From Camelus ferus (Eukaryota), in NCBI RefSeq assembly GCF_009834535.1, contig NC_045697.1, forward strand, positions 59,646,001 to 59,710,000: DNA of 64,000 bases, read 5' to 3'. The translations under genes and the position numbers were made by a program. This document shows positions 24,569 through 37,180 of this stretch, in pieces. The number at the start of each line of letters is the position of its first letter. The stretch's first letter is position 1. Under the pieces are notes generated by a model that was not told where the DNA came from, did no database searches, and was given only the letters and a program-made list of their open reading frames with translations.

Positions 24569-26464
24569 TCTATTAAAAAGACAAGATTCCAGCCAAAATT
24601 TAGGCCATCACAACCTGCTCCATGACACCATCAAGGAACCAGTCTCCTCCCCTCCTGTTCTACCATCTTTGGTATGGCTGCTGCAATTCCAGGCACAGTG
24701 CAGAAAGCTCAGGCTTAGAGGAAGAGGCAGAAGCAGCAGAACTGTTTCACTGTCCAGGACTTGGATACAGGACCAACAGGGAAGTAGTGAAATTGAGTTT
24801 TGGCTTTTATAACCTGTGACAGTACATGTGGGCGAACCTCTATCTTTCACAAGTCACAATTCCTTTGTTCTCTTTGCTACTTTAGAGCCTGACTCCTCTA
24901 GAAAGCAAGTATTTGTCACTTAGTAGAAATGCCCCAGTAAAAGTTGAAGAAACACTGAAAAATGGCACACATACCATAATTTCAAAATTTGACATACGTT
25001 TATAATTTATGAAAATATAACGTATTTGAGGGACAAAAAGAAAGAAATGAGCCTGTAATGACAGAAGTGTTTATCACAGTGGAACACAGACAGGATCTGA
25101 GTCTGACCCGGGGCCATCTATCCTACAGTGCAGGCGTGCCATTCTGTGTCCTTTCTCAGGCAAAGCTCCAACTGCAGTCTAGGGACACTGAAGTGCACGC
25201 AAGCCAATGAGTTTTATATTCACAAGAACCAGAGAACAAGACTCATTAATGTACTTACAAGGTCTAAAAAGGAGCCAACGATGTGTCTCTTATTTCCCCA
25301 CTGAGAAATTCATCAGCTTTCTTTGTTCAAGAGCTCAATCGCCAAAAACCTTTTCTGTCTATTCCTGAATGTTACTCAATAGTGATCAAAGAGTAACAGT
25401 TGGAAACATTTTCCTAAAATATTTATCCTGTCAATTATTATTGTCAGAGTTTAGACATTTCTTTGCTCCTGTGTTACTTTTTAGCATGGTATATTTTTAT
25501 AGTAAGCTACGTCTGAGAAGGCCAACAACATTTAAGAACAAAGATTTTTAAAGCTAGAATAAACTTTAAGACAAATTTTTCCAGCTTTCCTGTCTTCAGG
25601 CAGGCAAGTTTATACTACATTCATTTTAAGGAGGTTATCCTAAATCCAGCATGACTTTAATCAGCAGTTTATGGGAAAGAAGTTCAAAATAGTGATGAGA
25701 GGAGGAGACAGTACTCAGGTCAGCCAGTCAAATCACCAAAGAGCTAGCTACCTGGTTATCCAGGCAGGGCTTAAGAGGCAGAGAGTTTACAAGTCTTCTT
25801 TAAAGAAGGATGTCGTCTGTAAGGCCTGACAACAGATGAACTGCCATTGTGTTGTTGCATGAATCGTCAATGACTGGATGAAAAGAAGGAAGGAAGAAGG
25901 TAGGACAGTAGGAAGGGAAGGAGAGGAACTCCAACCAGCAATAGTGTTCAAGAGCAGATCCTCACTCCAAGTGCCAACAGCAAACCATTGCTGAGAGTTT
26001 ATGTAACTGGAGCGCAGACAGGCAGCAATAAGACAAGGACCTAGTTCCTCAGACTGTTCATTTGCTCTTAGCCAGAGGCAGTTTAAGACTCCTACTCAGA
26101 AGAGTGATAAAGAGACATGTTCCCTGTTCTAATTCACAGCACCAGTTCTAATCAATGAATTTCTGTCTTGTTCCTTGGTTCCTACCTAGAAACAGGAAAT
26201 GATGAATCTGGTCCAATTTCTAAAACAAGAAGAATTTTCAAGAATCATTTTATCTGAAAAATTATCCAAGGATGTTAGAAGGGGATACAAGGGTAAAAGA
26301 CTATTGGAAACCCACTAATGATTCTGCTGTAAAGCCCAAGTCAAGAAAGACTGGGCCAGACTGGGGCTTGGCTATGGCAGTAAGGAGAAATGCTCCAAAA
26401 ATCACATTAGCTCAAATCTGGATTATCAGTATACTTGGCTTGACTCAGTCACCTGAGACTCTTT

Positions 26465-28955
26465 TTCAATTTTTTTTTTCAAATTGTCTAACGCACAAAG
26501 TTCTAAAATTCAAAAAGTTTTATAGGTTAATAAGAGCAATACAAAGCAGCACCTGCCCTGATAGGTGCTTCTTATTCTTGCTTCACAGAGGCAGCTATTT
26601 GAAGTATTTATCCTAGTAATCACCTCCATATTTCTAAATCAAATGCTCATGTAATATTGTGAGTTTGCAGTACTAGTTTTAGATACTATCTCTGTCCTTC
26701 CTACTAAAGATGAGGACGTTGCTTCCTACCTGACCAGCACTTCTCCTCACATGCATTTGTCTTTTCCCTGCCCTCCCAATATAGTTAGTACATTAGAGTT
26801 CTTATTCCATGTGTACATCATAATCTCCATGTAATTATTGTTCATAATTGAACCCTTTGGTATACAAATACTGCATTTCTTTTCTTATGCAACTTTTATT
26901 TTTTGCTGAAGGTAAAGACTGCCCAGTTTTTCATTTGTTTCATTTTCTGTACTTTTATGAAGTCACCGTTACACTCAGAGGTGTAAATCTTTCTTCAACA
27001 TTTTTTTAATGTTCATTTTCACATTAGTTTCACTTCTGGGTATCACTCTTTATTAGAGCCTTGTGTCCCCACTCCAGTAAGCCCTGGATTTTCTCTGATC
27101 CTTTCACTATCACCTCCAGGATTCCCATCACCTCCCTCCTGTGTTAAACCTCTGGTGTTCTCAGTTCCATACCATCTTCTTTCTTGATTACCTCACCTAA
27201 TTTGGTGGAATGTATCTTCAGTATGTTCTTGAGAATAAATGGATGGAAGGGAAATACTTTGAGACCTTACATTACTAAAAATTCTCTCCTCCATTCTTGA
27301 ATGATATGGTGACTGGATGTAAAATTCTAGTTTGGGAATTAATTCCCCTTAGAATTGTCAAGGCATTACTCAGCTGCCTTCTGGTATCCAGGGTTGCTTT
27401 TGTGAAGGATAGCACAGTTTGGCTGCTTCCTATTTTGATTTCTTTTTTTTTTTTTCCTCTTTAATTGGAGACTTCTTTCTGTGGAAACTCAGGTTCTTAA
27501 TTTATGTTTTGTGTTTTGAAATTTCACTATGATGTACTTTGGGGAAGAGTCTTCTTCATCATTTGATATGTTAGTTTGCTAAGGCTGTCATGACAAAATA
27601 CCACAGACTGGCTGGCTGAAACAAGAGTTGTGTTTTCCTCACAGCTCTGGAGCCTGAAGTCCAAGACCAAGGTGTCAGCAGGTTTAGTTCCTTCTGAGGT
27701 CTCTCTCCTTGGCTTGCAGACGGCTGCCTTTCACATGTGTCCTCACAGGGTGTCTGCTCTGTAAGTGCACCCCTGGGATTTTTGTGTCTCCAAATTTCCT
27801 CTTATGGGTACACCAGTCAGATTAGGGCCCATGCTAATGACCTCATTTTAACCTAATCACTTTTTGAAAAGCTCTATCATCAAATACAGTTACATTCTGA
27901 GGTATAGTATTTTAGGGTTTCAACATATAAATTTGGGGGTTATGATGCAGATCATAACACTTGGGGTGATCCCTGTAGTTCTGAGATATTCCCTTGGATT
28001 ATTTTGATAGTTTATGCTCCAGCTGTTTTGTCTAATTTCTGAGATTCTTTATTATAAGGATGCTGGAATTCTTAACTGATCTTCTAATTCCCTAATATTT
28101 CCTTTTCAATTTTCCTCTCTGTATTCTTATTCTTCTTTCTAGTAGTGTTCTTCAGCTTTATTTTTTCATATTAATTTGATTCTCATACTATACTTTTACT
28201 TTTTAGGAGATGCTTTGTATTATCTGTATCTTCTATTTTTGTGAACTTGTTTTATTTAATCATTTCCCTTATCCCTGCAATACCACAAAACTTTAGGTTT
28301 TTTAGAAGAACATTTTCACCTGATGTTTGCATTCTCCCTTTTTCTTTCCTATCTTATATCTTAGAGTTTTTGCTCAGATGCGTGGTGATCTTTGGCTGTC
28401 CATAGATATTTAAGAGTGAGGCAATTTAACAGCTGATTGGACACCATTGTCTAAGGTGAGTCTTACCAGCTGGTCAGCTTCACCAGTGGATGCTCTTTTG
28501 TTGGGAAAGCCGAGGCTGCTAATATTCATACATTATTTCTTTGAGGCTTATTTTCCCTGGTGACAAGTTCTTCAATTTCTTGTCTCTGGGGATCTAAACT
28601 CATATGTCAGCATTCCCAGGATATCATGGAATTGGCAACCAGATACAGCTGAGTAGCTAGCCTTGAATTTCATCTCTCTCCTCCAAGTCTCGGACTCCTG
28701 CACTCAGTTCTTCTTGGTGTTCTTCAGTCCAGACTTTCCAGGGTTCAATCTCTTTAGAATAAACTCCATTCTCCTGGAGGTTTATGAAACTTGATCTGGG
28801 AGACTGTTTCATGCAAAGATCTTTAACCAATCCTACTTTTTTTTCCCCCCTGTTATGTTGTGTCTTATTAATCTTCTCATGTCATTTTAATGAGGTTTAA
28901 TGAAGGAATGGAGGAAAATGTAGGTATTTAATCCACCACAGTTAATGAGGATTCT
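26465..28955 (-). mobile_element. HAL1/ancient L1-like relic (ORF1-type), interrupted by MLT1B
   Basis: cagaggcagctatttgaag...cacctccatatttctaaat and gactggatgtaaaattctagtttgggaattaattccccttagaattgtcaaggcattactcagctgccttctgg (antisense ORF1 C-terminal motif). Confidence 0.65.
27567..27959 (-). mobile_element. MLT1B-like MaLR solo LTR
   Basis: ttagtttgctaaggctgtcatgacaaaataccacagactgg...caaatacagttacattctgaggta...cataaca. Confidence 0.9.
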
Positions 28956-28989
28956 TTACTCAGGCCCTGAGTAAATCTAGAATCACAAG

Positions 28990-29171
28990 AGTGATTCTCA
29001 ACCAGGGACACTTGACAATGTCTGGAGATAACTTAGGTTGTCACAGCTAAGGGTGCTGTATATCTAGTGAGTAGAGATCAGGGATGGTAAACAGCCTACC
29101 ATGCACTAGATGTCCTGCACAAAACGATCACTCAGCCCCAGTGTCTTTAGTGCTGTGGCTGAGAAAACCTC
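28990..29171 (+). mobile_element. MER20 hAT-Charlie MITE
   Basis: gtgattctcaaccaggg...caatgtctggagata...catctag-like core...gctgagaaaacct; TIR-like ends. Confidence 0.8.
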
Positions 29172-29869
29172 TTCTAGAGGGAGTTTAAAACTTTTCCTAT
29201 GGGTGTGGTTTAACATTTTTAAGAAGTGTAATATATTTGAATATGAGGAACAAGTTAGATATTAAGCTTGCAGCAACCAAAGGAAATACTTTAACAAGAA
29301 AGAAAAATATCTCCACTTTGAGCATTTGTTTAAAACATTGTAATATTTAAACTAACATTTATGCTGAGATAAAAATTTTAATGCAAAAAGTTTAAAGAAA
29401 AGTGTGTACATGTTTTTCTTATCATATTTAGGAAAGTGAAGCTACCATGGTGGTTCTCATCTGTGCACACTTTCCTTTAAAACTAAAATTATTCTCATTT
29501 TAAGAGGCAATTTTTTTGACTTTATATATCTGTGGTGATTTATTTCTTGTCCTTTTAATAATGTTTATATAACACCTGCTTAGCAGTGGGTCATCTGTCT
29601 TAATTCCTTTCACCTTCCATTTAGTTTTCAGTGACCTTCCTTGCATACATAGTATCTGAGTAACTGATTCTTACAACCATATTAAAATATTGATAACCTC
29701 CAAATCAGCTTTTAAAGGTGAATTAAAGTAATTAAAACATTTTTCTGACATACTAGTATGAAAACTAAGGACTTTGATAAGTTTAATAAAGAGCATGGAA
29801 TAACAGAAAAGTCCAAATGAATAATATATACAATTTTTTAAAATACACAATGCTGCATTTTATGTGGCT

Positions 29870-30120
29870 ATAACAATGATATCCAGCTGACGTTTACTAA
29901 AAAGTTACTATGCACAAGGCATATTACATGTAATTATTTAATGTAAATTAATTGCACTATTTAATCTAATCTATGTGGTTGGTGCCATTTCAATAATGAA
30001 GAAATAAAGGTATAGAAAGAATCAGTACATTGCAAGAGGTCATACAACTTTAATAGGAAAGTCAGGACTTAAACCCAAGGCATTTAATTCAGGCGACTAT
30101 GTTCTTAACCACTCTGCTAC
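29870..30120 (-). mobile_element. MIR SINE
   Basis: gaggtcatacaactttaataggaaagtcaggacttaaacccaaggca...ttcttaaccactctgctac. Confidence 0.7.
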
Positions 30121-30609
30121 TATCTGGCTGAAGAGCTTTATAAATGCATTGGTGCATGGAATAAAACTTTTGAGAAGAAATACAACCAAAAGCTGGTCTT
30201 GTTTGTTTTACTCTGTATTTATGTTATTCTTAAGTATTTCATATTTTTTATTATGAAAACTTACATAATTTATCCCAATGATAAATTAAAATTTGCTGTC
30301 ACCTGTTTACTCTAAAATATGTATGTAATACAATTATCTGCACAAATACTTTTTTCTATATAAACTTATATTCAGGTATCTGCATGAACTACTTATAGAT
30401 ATAAATTTATAGATACGGACTTTTAATTAGTTAGGACTTATTTATCATTAGGATAATCATACTATTTTGATATTAACTAATCTCTAGCTATTAAAAATTA
30501 TATAACTCTTTCTTTCTCATAATGGCCAGTGTGGAAAGTTTACAACTATATTTCTTATCCTCTTTCATGCTAAAAACCCAATGTTCTTGGGCTGTCTCTT
30601 CATTTGTCA

Positions 30610-30815
30610 CAGTATCGTAGAAAGCCAAGAACTCTGGGGCATCAGACGTATCCAATGTTCAGCGTAAGAACTGCACTTCCTGGCTCTATAATCTTTAGCA
30701 AGTTTCTTAATGTCTCTGAACTTCAACTTTTCTCACTTTCAAAATGAGATTAATACCTAACGCACAGTGTTGTGCAGAGACTAAATTAAATAGAATACAT
30801 AAAAGACTCCGTGCA
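30610..30815 (+). mobile_element. MIR SINE
   Basis: gcaagtttcttaatgtctctgaacttcaacttttctcactttcaaaatgagattaataccta...tgttgtgcagagactaaattaaat. Confidence 0.75.
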
Positions 30816-33800
30816 GATGCAACCCAGCAAGTTGCATCTACTCCTGCCACGGGTCCCCAGTCCCTCTGCCACAACAGCCAAGTCACATTTCTGGAGCAAA
30901 GAGGCAACCAGATTCTACTAGTCTGTTTTGCTTTGTTCTGCCACCAATCTTAGCCAAGAGGATACACAAATGCCTACTTTTCAGAAGGCTTCTCAATATG
31001 GAATAAGGACAGTGCAGAATTGTCCTAAGGTGTGTAGGGGTGGAGGTAGGGTGTCTAAATATGGAAATGTTATAGATGCTGACTTTGCAGTTTTCCTGTC
31101 CTTATTCCTAGGAGTGAATATAGAACATAAAGTATGCTCAGAGGAAATGGATAATTTTCTTGGTTTTTTTTTTTATTTCCTTCTTAAATTGGAAAGTGTG
31201 TAGCTTTACCCTTTTTGGGACCATTTCTCTTTACTGTAAGATCATCCTACACTCTCTGAGACCTATATACATTATCTTCTTAGAAGCGCATGGCTTTACT
31301 TTTCCCTCATTATGTGAACTGAATAAAATGTGCCATAGTTACCCTAAAACCTAATATTTTAGAGGCTTTTCCAACCAAAATCAGAGTGAGATTGAAACAT
31401 TTGGGTTCTGAACCCTTAACTAACTATACATCCTGTTCTCACGGTAGACCATTTGTAGACCCCAAATTTTCCACTGGCTACTTTGAAGGCTTCATATACA
31501 GAAAATTGACCTATGTTTCCCTTAGCTTGATATCTGACTGACATATAGATGCATAGAAGGTAGAGGCATAGAATCAAAGGTTTCCAGATAGGAAGAGAAC
31601 TTAGGAAAACTATAGTCTATGACTCTTATTTTACAGGAAAAAAAAAGTTTCACTAACTACTTCAGAAAAATCCCTTCCAGTGTCTTATTTAAATAGATTA
31701 TTCAATTAATTTTTATGGCATATATACATTTGTTAAGATATCCAAAATATTTAAACACTTATCTTTGTTATTTCTCAATAAATCTCATAGTAATGATACA
31801 ATATGATCTTTATATCAAGTGGATAGTATCTTATGAAATTATCATTGCAATTCAATAGTCAATTTCCTATTGCATTTATTTATATATAAAAACACATAGA
31901 AGTTAACATTTTAGAAAGTAGGAAGCACTATCCTGGCTTCTTCCTCAGTGCTTTAAAGCACTTACTATAAAATTGTACATATTTTGGAACTGGATTAAAC
32001 TGTATAATTATGGTTTGATGTATTTGGTTAATCTATAATTATAGTCTTTTTGACTATTGGCACATAGCATTTAAAATTATAGAACAAGATTAAAAATATT
32101 ACATCAAATTCGTTGCTAAATTAATAGTAAATTGCTGAATCCAAATGTTAATAAGTGGTATCTTTAAAATTTAAAACACCACCAATCCCCTATATGAGAA
32201 TAGTTAATTTAAAAATTAGTGGTATATGACAATATTCCAAGTTAAACAGAATATAGCTTCAGGAATTTCTTGGCTTGGAATGCTGATTGAGTCTTACAGA
32301 TCCTAGTCTGATGACTGTCTCAGTAATAGATTTTATCTATTATTTATGTTAGAGCTTTTTAAATTCATGCTGACAGTTTACTGTTTTATAAGTTTTAGAA
32401 ATAATTTTTTAGATAACACTTTGTTAATTTCCAAAGCTTAAATCTGCCTAGTTTTATCAATGGTCCAGATATGGCATTCTCCTGACCAAAACTATAATTT
32501 TTTAAAATTTGTTTTCCAAATATACACCTCATTGGGAATGTTTGTACTTCTTTTGTAATTTCTTACATTCCTAAACATTTCCCTGTTCTTATTTGAAACA
32601 TTTCTTTATAACTAAGGAATATTGCAAGAATACTGGGGTATCTGTAGACTAGGCTAAAGACTGGTAGGTAACAGTCTTAAGAAAATTACTAAGAACTCAA
32701 GAGGTAAATTTTTGTTCTACAAAAATAGGATTTTCAGTTCCCTATATTGCTAAAGTCCTTTTAAAGTAGAGCTAGCATACTGATGACTATTAGGATAAAA
32801 TTACTTTCTCCTACTTACTGTCATTTTCTTTCTGTAAAGAAAGCTTCTTTGATTTACACATTTCAAAATTCTGCTTGCCTGGTGGAAGCTATTACCTGCA
32901 TTCATGGTATTTAAATAATAGAGTGAGTAATAGTGAACAAATGATTGAACACCACCTGTTTTTCTATCTCACATTGTTACCTTCTTAATGAGAAGATTTT
33001 TACTACAAAACTAATAAACAGAAGAATATCCAAACATTCAGAGTACAGTATCAAGGGCTACCTATGTTTCCAGAAACAAAATGTTTCATAGTGACATCAA
33101 AAGAGAACAGGAGGGGAAAAGGAAGGAGGACATTACTGGTTGGATACACTGCAGAGCACTTTAGTTCAAAAAGATTCTAAGAGAAAATGTAAACCTGTTT
33201 CAAGACAGAATATGTTCATTACAATGACTTTGTTTTAAAGTGTCCTCTCCTTAGTAGTGAGTGGGAATCAAAAAAGAACAATAATTAAGTATGAAGACAC
33301 TCTATTTTGAGGGTTAGCACTGAAGGTACATTAACACAGTCTAGTAAATGCAGAAAGAGACAAAGGAATATTGAGCTGCAGAACGCCAAGTTCCATGCTG
33401 TTATTGATATAAATAGCTTGATGGAGACTCTTTTCTTTTTGTGAGACTGCCAGAGGATATGTCTACTGCATCTTGATTATGGAAATTTTATTTATATGAC
33501 ACTATTAAAAATCAATGACATGTAGCAACTTACTTTTTAATATACTTTTGTCTTAGATTGAATTTTGCTCTGTATGGAGATAGATGGTGATTGGCTTACC
33601 AGCTTAACTTTGCTCAGGAATTCTGCTCCCATTTGTAAAACTTAAGTCAGTCTCCACTTATTTTCCCTGTCCTCACACTCTCAGGATTTTACAATAACAA
33701 TATGTCTTGGTATATCCTTTCTCTTTAAAAAAAAAAAGAAGGAAAAAAATGTGTTCTTCAGTCAGATACAACATCAGTCAAATCTTTCCCCACCGAACTC

Positions 33801-35829
33801 CATCTTTCTGTGCTTAAGACACCGTCGATGGGTATACATCACCTCAAAAGTCCTGCCTACTATGGCTGTGTTAGAATAACAGACAAGCATTGGTTTGAAA
33901 CCAGAATTCTACGTCTTTTTTTCTTCTGTAGAAATATTCAGGGCTCCCTGGATCTTCAACTGTCTTATGTCCCATGAGTTTTTGTAACCATAGTAATGCT
34001 TTTAAGATTATTCTTTTAAAGTAGTATCTTGAAAAAGAGTAACAGTCCTAAGAGTCTTGTTTATATCCTCAGTTTTTCCCTTTTTCCTAGGCTGTCCTCT
34101 CTTCATTATTGCCAAAATGGTTGTGGGCTAGAAGGCCAAAAATATTGAGATGTGGACAGAGCTAATTAGCTCTAGAACCCTAGTAAACCTCCTTCTGTGA
34201 GAGCCATAACTGTAAATACAAGCCTGCTTCAAACCACTCTCTCATTTGAGAGCAATCATAACAAGTGCCATCTGCCAAAGGGGAGAGAGAAGGCCGCTTG
34301 GAGCAGTTGGCATGCAGGACGAGCTGCAACTTGTATCACTGTGTCCTAGCTCATTGTTTCAAGACAGTATGCTTGATTTGACAATGAGCCCTCATGTTTT
34401 CTTTTAAATATTGTTTACATAGGAGTTCAACATCAAATAAACAACAGGCATTGATGTTAAGAAATTCAGGGCTGATATCCTTTGCATTCCTCTTTCATCT
34501 AGCAGATTTCTCTATTGTTCCTAGTCGCATTCAAATTATTCGCATATGTTGTAATTAAAATCTTTGAAATTTACTGATTACTGATATGTGTAGGACAAAG
34601 CATTATCTTTAATCAATATATGCTGTACAGGTAAATAATATGCATAAAAAACAGTTAAGGCACTGTTGGGTGTACATTAAAATTATCAGATACATTTTTC
34701 TATTAATAAGGGCCTATTGTCTAGGTTTCAAGGCAGGATATATGCATAATAATGACAACTAACATTTTCGGTACGTATTATAATTCAGGTAGCTGCTCAT
34801 TTAGATACATTGTTTTACTGGAAGTCACACAATAACATTTAATTACAAATCAAGACATGATATAATTCAATGGCCATGTGTTGTTCCAAAACTAGTTCTA
34901 TTATTGGGAGTGGAAAGAATACTGTTGATCAAAGAGGTCAAGACAGACATCACAGAAGAGGGTACAAAAGATTATTACTGATAAATAGATAGGAATAAAA
35001 TATTAAGGAGACAGAAAAATAGGGAAGCCATATGGAGATTTATTTAGCAAAAGATTATAAAGTTGCTTTAGGACATGGCCTGTTTCAAAGGGCACTGTTT
35101 AGTTAAAGCAGAAAAAAATGTCCAGTTGAAGAGGTGGAGCTAGAACTCAAGTACCGATTTGGATAAGAGAGTCATCAGTCACTACAGGCGTGTGCTAATT
35201 GTAAGTTGAGAGTAGAAGAGTTCCCCTGCTTTAAACTCAAGGCTTTGGTTGGAGCAGGGATGTAGGGTATGATCATCATCTGGGTACCTCATCAGTGTAT
35301 CAGGGAGGGCAGTTCTGGAGGATCTACTTTAGTTGTTCATGATTCTGGGTAATGGTTTCACTGAGGCAATTACTGCATGTTTAGAAAAGTTATCTGGAAT
35401 AATATTGAGTGTTGGAGAATTCTAATAATGTCTGGATAAGGCTAAAGCAGGAAGACTAACAAAGAAGGAGAAACAGAGAGATAGGAGGAAATGTAGGTGC
35501 TATGAATTACAGATAACTAAGGAAGTGAGTGATGAGTATTAAAGGATGCTAAAATGACCAGTAGAATGAGTCTAAGAAAGGCTGGCTGGATTTTGTGATC
35601 AATTGTCCGCTAGTAACTTTTGTGATTACCTTTTCTGAAGAGAGTATGTCAAACTGAATTGATCTAAGAATAAAATGAAGGATGATAGACTTGTAAACAT
35701 AATGGGAAATTTGCTAATAAAAGAGCAAAGAAATAAAAGGGTAGTCAGAAGGATCAGTGTAATCGACTTAATCAGTCACCACCAGGGAGTGGTTATTGCT
35801 CAAACACTGAGTATGTGTCATTCTACTAG

Positions 35830-36020
35830 ATTAACACTGCCCAGTGGAACACTGCAGTGATAGGAATGTTTTATATATGCACTGACCAATGCAGTAGCCA
35901 CTAGCTGTATGTGCTTACTGAGCACATGAAATATGGCTAGTTCAGATAAGGAAATGAATTGTTAATTCAATTTAAGTTATATAGCCACATGTGGCTAATA
36001 GCTACTATATTGGATAGCAG
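35830..36020. mobile_element. MER3-like hAT-Charlie MITE
   Basis: cagtagccactagctgtatgtgcttactgagcacatgaaatatggctag...tagccacatgtggctaatagctactatattggatagc. Confidence 0.8.
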
Positions 36021-36059
36021 ATACACATATTACTGATATAAACAGAAGAATACAATATC

Positions 36060-36445
36060 ACCTTTTGAAATTAAAGTATGATTAATATACAATAAAATGC
36101 ATAACTCTTAAAGTGAGTAATTTAATCAGCTTTGAGAATTGAATATTCCCATAAAACTACCACACAAAACAATGTATAAAATTTCCCATTGATCGAAACC
36201 ATTCCTTCATGTCCTTTTCAAATCAGTTCCCTTTCTACTTCTGAGAGCTGCCACTTTCTGATTTTTTATATAAGCAGATTGTTACAGCATTTTCTCATTT
36301 CTGTCTGGCTTCTTTCATGTAACAAAGTATTTAATGTTCATGAATATTATTATATATATCAATTCCATCATGTGGAATTGACTAATTTGTTTATCCACTG
36401 CCCTACTGATGAATACTTGCGCAGTTTTCAGTTTGGGACTATTAT
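36060..36445 (-). mobile_element. Ancient L1 (L1MD/L1ME-like) 3'UTR fragment
   Basis: tacaataaaatgcataactcttaaagtg...ttgtttatccactgccctactgatgaatacttgcgcagttttcagtttgggactattatg. Confidence 0.7.
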
Positions 36446-36919
36446 GTACCTACTGTTTGTAACCCGGAGGGACAATGTCAGCCATCACCATTTCTGCTTC
36501 AAGTTGCAGGACACCAAAATGACCTGGTTTATGTGACTGAAATATCTAGGGGAAGATCTGGCCTCGGACGCAAACTGGTGTAGGTGCTCATGCAGTACCA
36601 TTAAGATCTAATTTCTTTCTGTCCATCTTAGCTCTTCTTCCTGTCCCACTCAGAGTCTAGCGTCATGGTAGCAAAAAAAAAAAAGGTGGAGCCACTTCAG
36701 TGTATTCTTGCATCCTTATAAACATAATTCCATCAGGTAATGTATAAAAAACACAAATATAATTTCAACTGAGATAATTATTTAATAGGTTTTCTGAAAG
36801 CCAAATTGATCTCCAAAGTGTAGTTAAACCATCTAGTTGCATGCATATACTACAGCAGGGAATCTGATTGCCAAGAGAGTCTTGCTTTTTGAAAAAAAAA
36901 ACTTTGATGAGGAAAAGAC

Positions 36920-37180
36920 AAGAATAGTATGAAATATATAATCTAATAGTTACAATTCTGGCCTTTGGACTAAGATTTTAAATATTAGCACTATCACCTA
37001 TAAGATACATGATATTGGTCAAGTTATTTGGTTCCTCTATTTCTTTATATGTAAAATGGAAATAATTTATAGCACCTGTAACACTGTTAGGTTGTATGAC
37101 TATTTAGTGCAATGATATATGCAAATGTTAGCATAGTGCCTGGAACAAAATATGTTGATAAATAATGAATTATAATTATT
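36920..37180 (+). mobile_element. MIR SINE
   Basis: ggtcaagttattt...tatgtaaaatggaaataat...ttagcatagtgcctggaaca. Confidence 0.7.
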
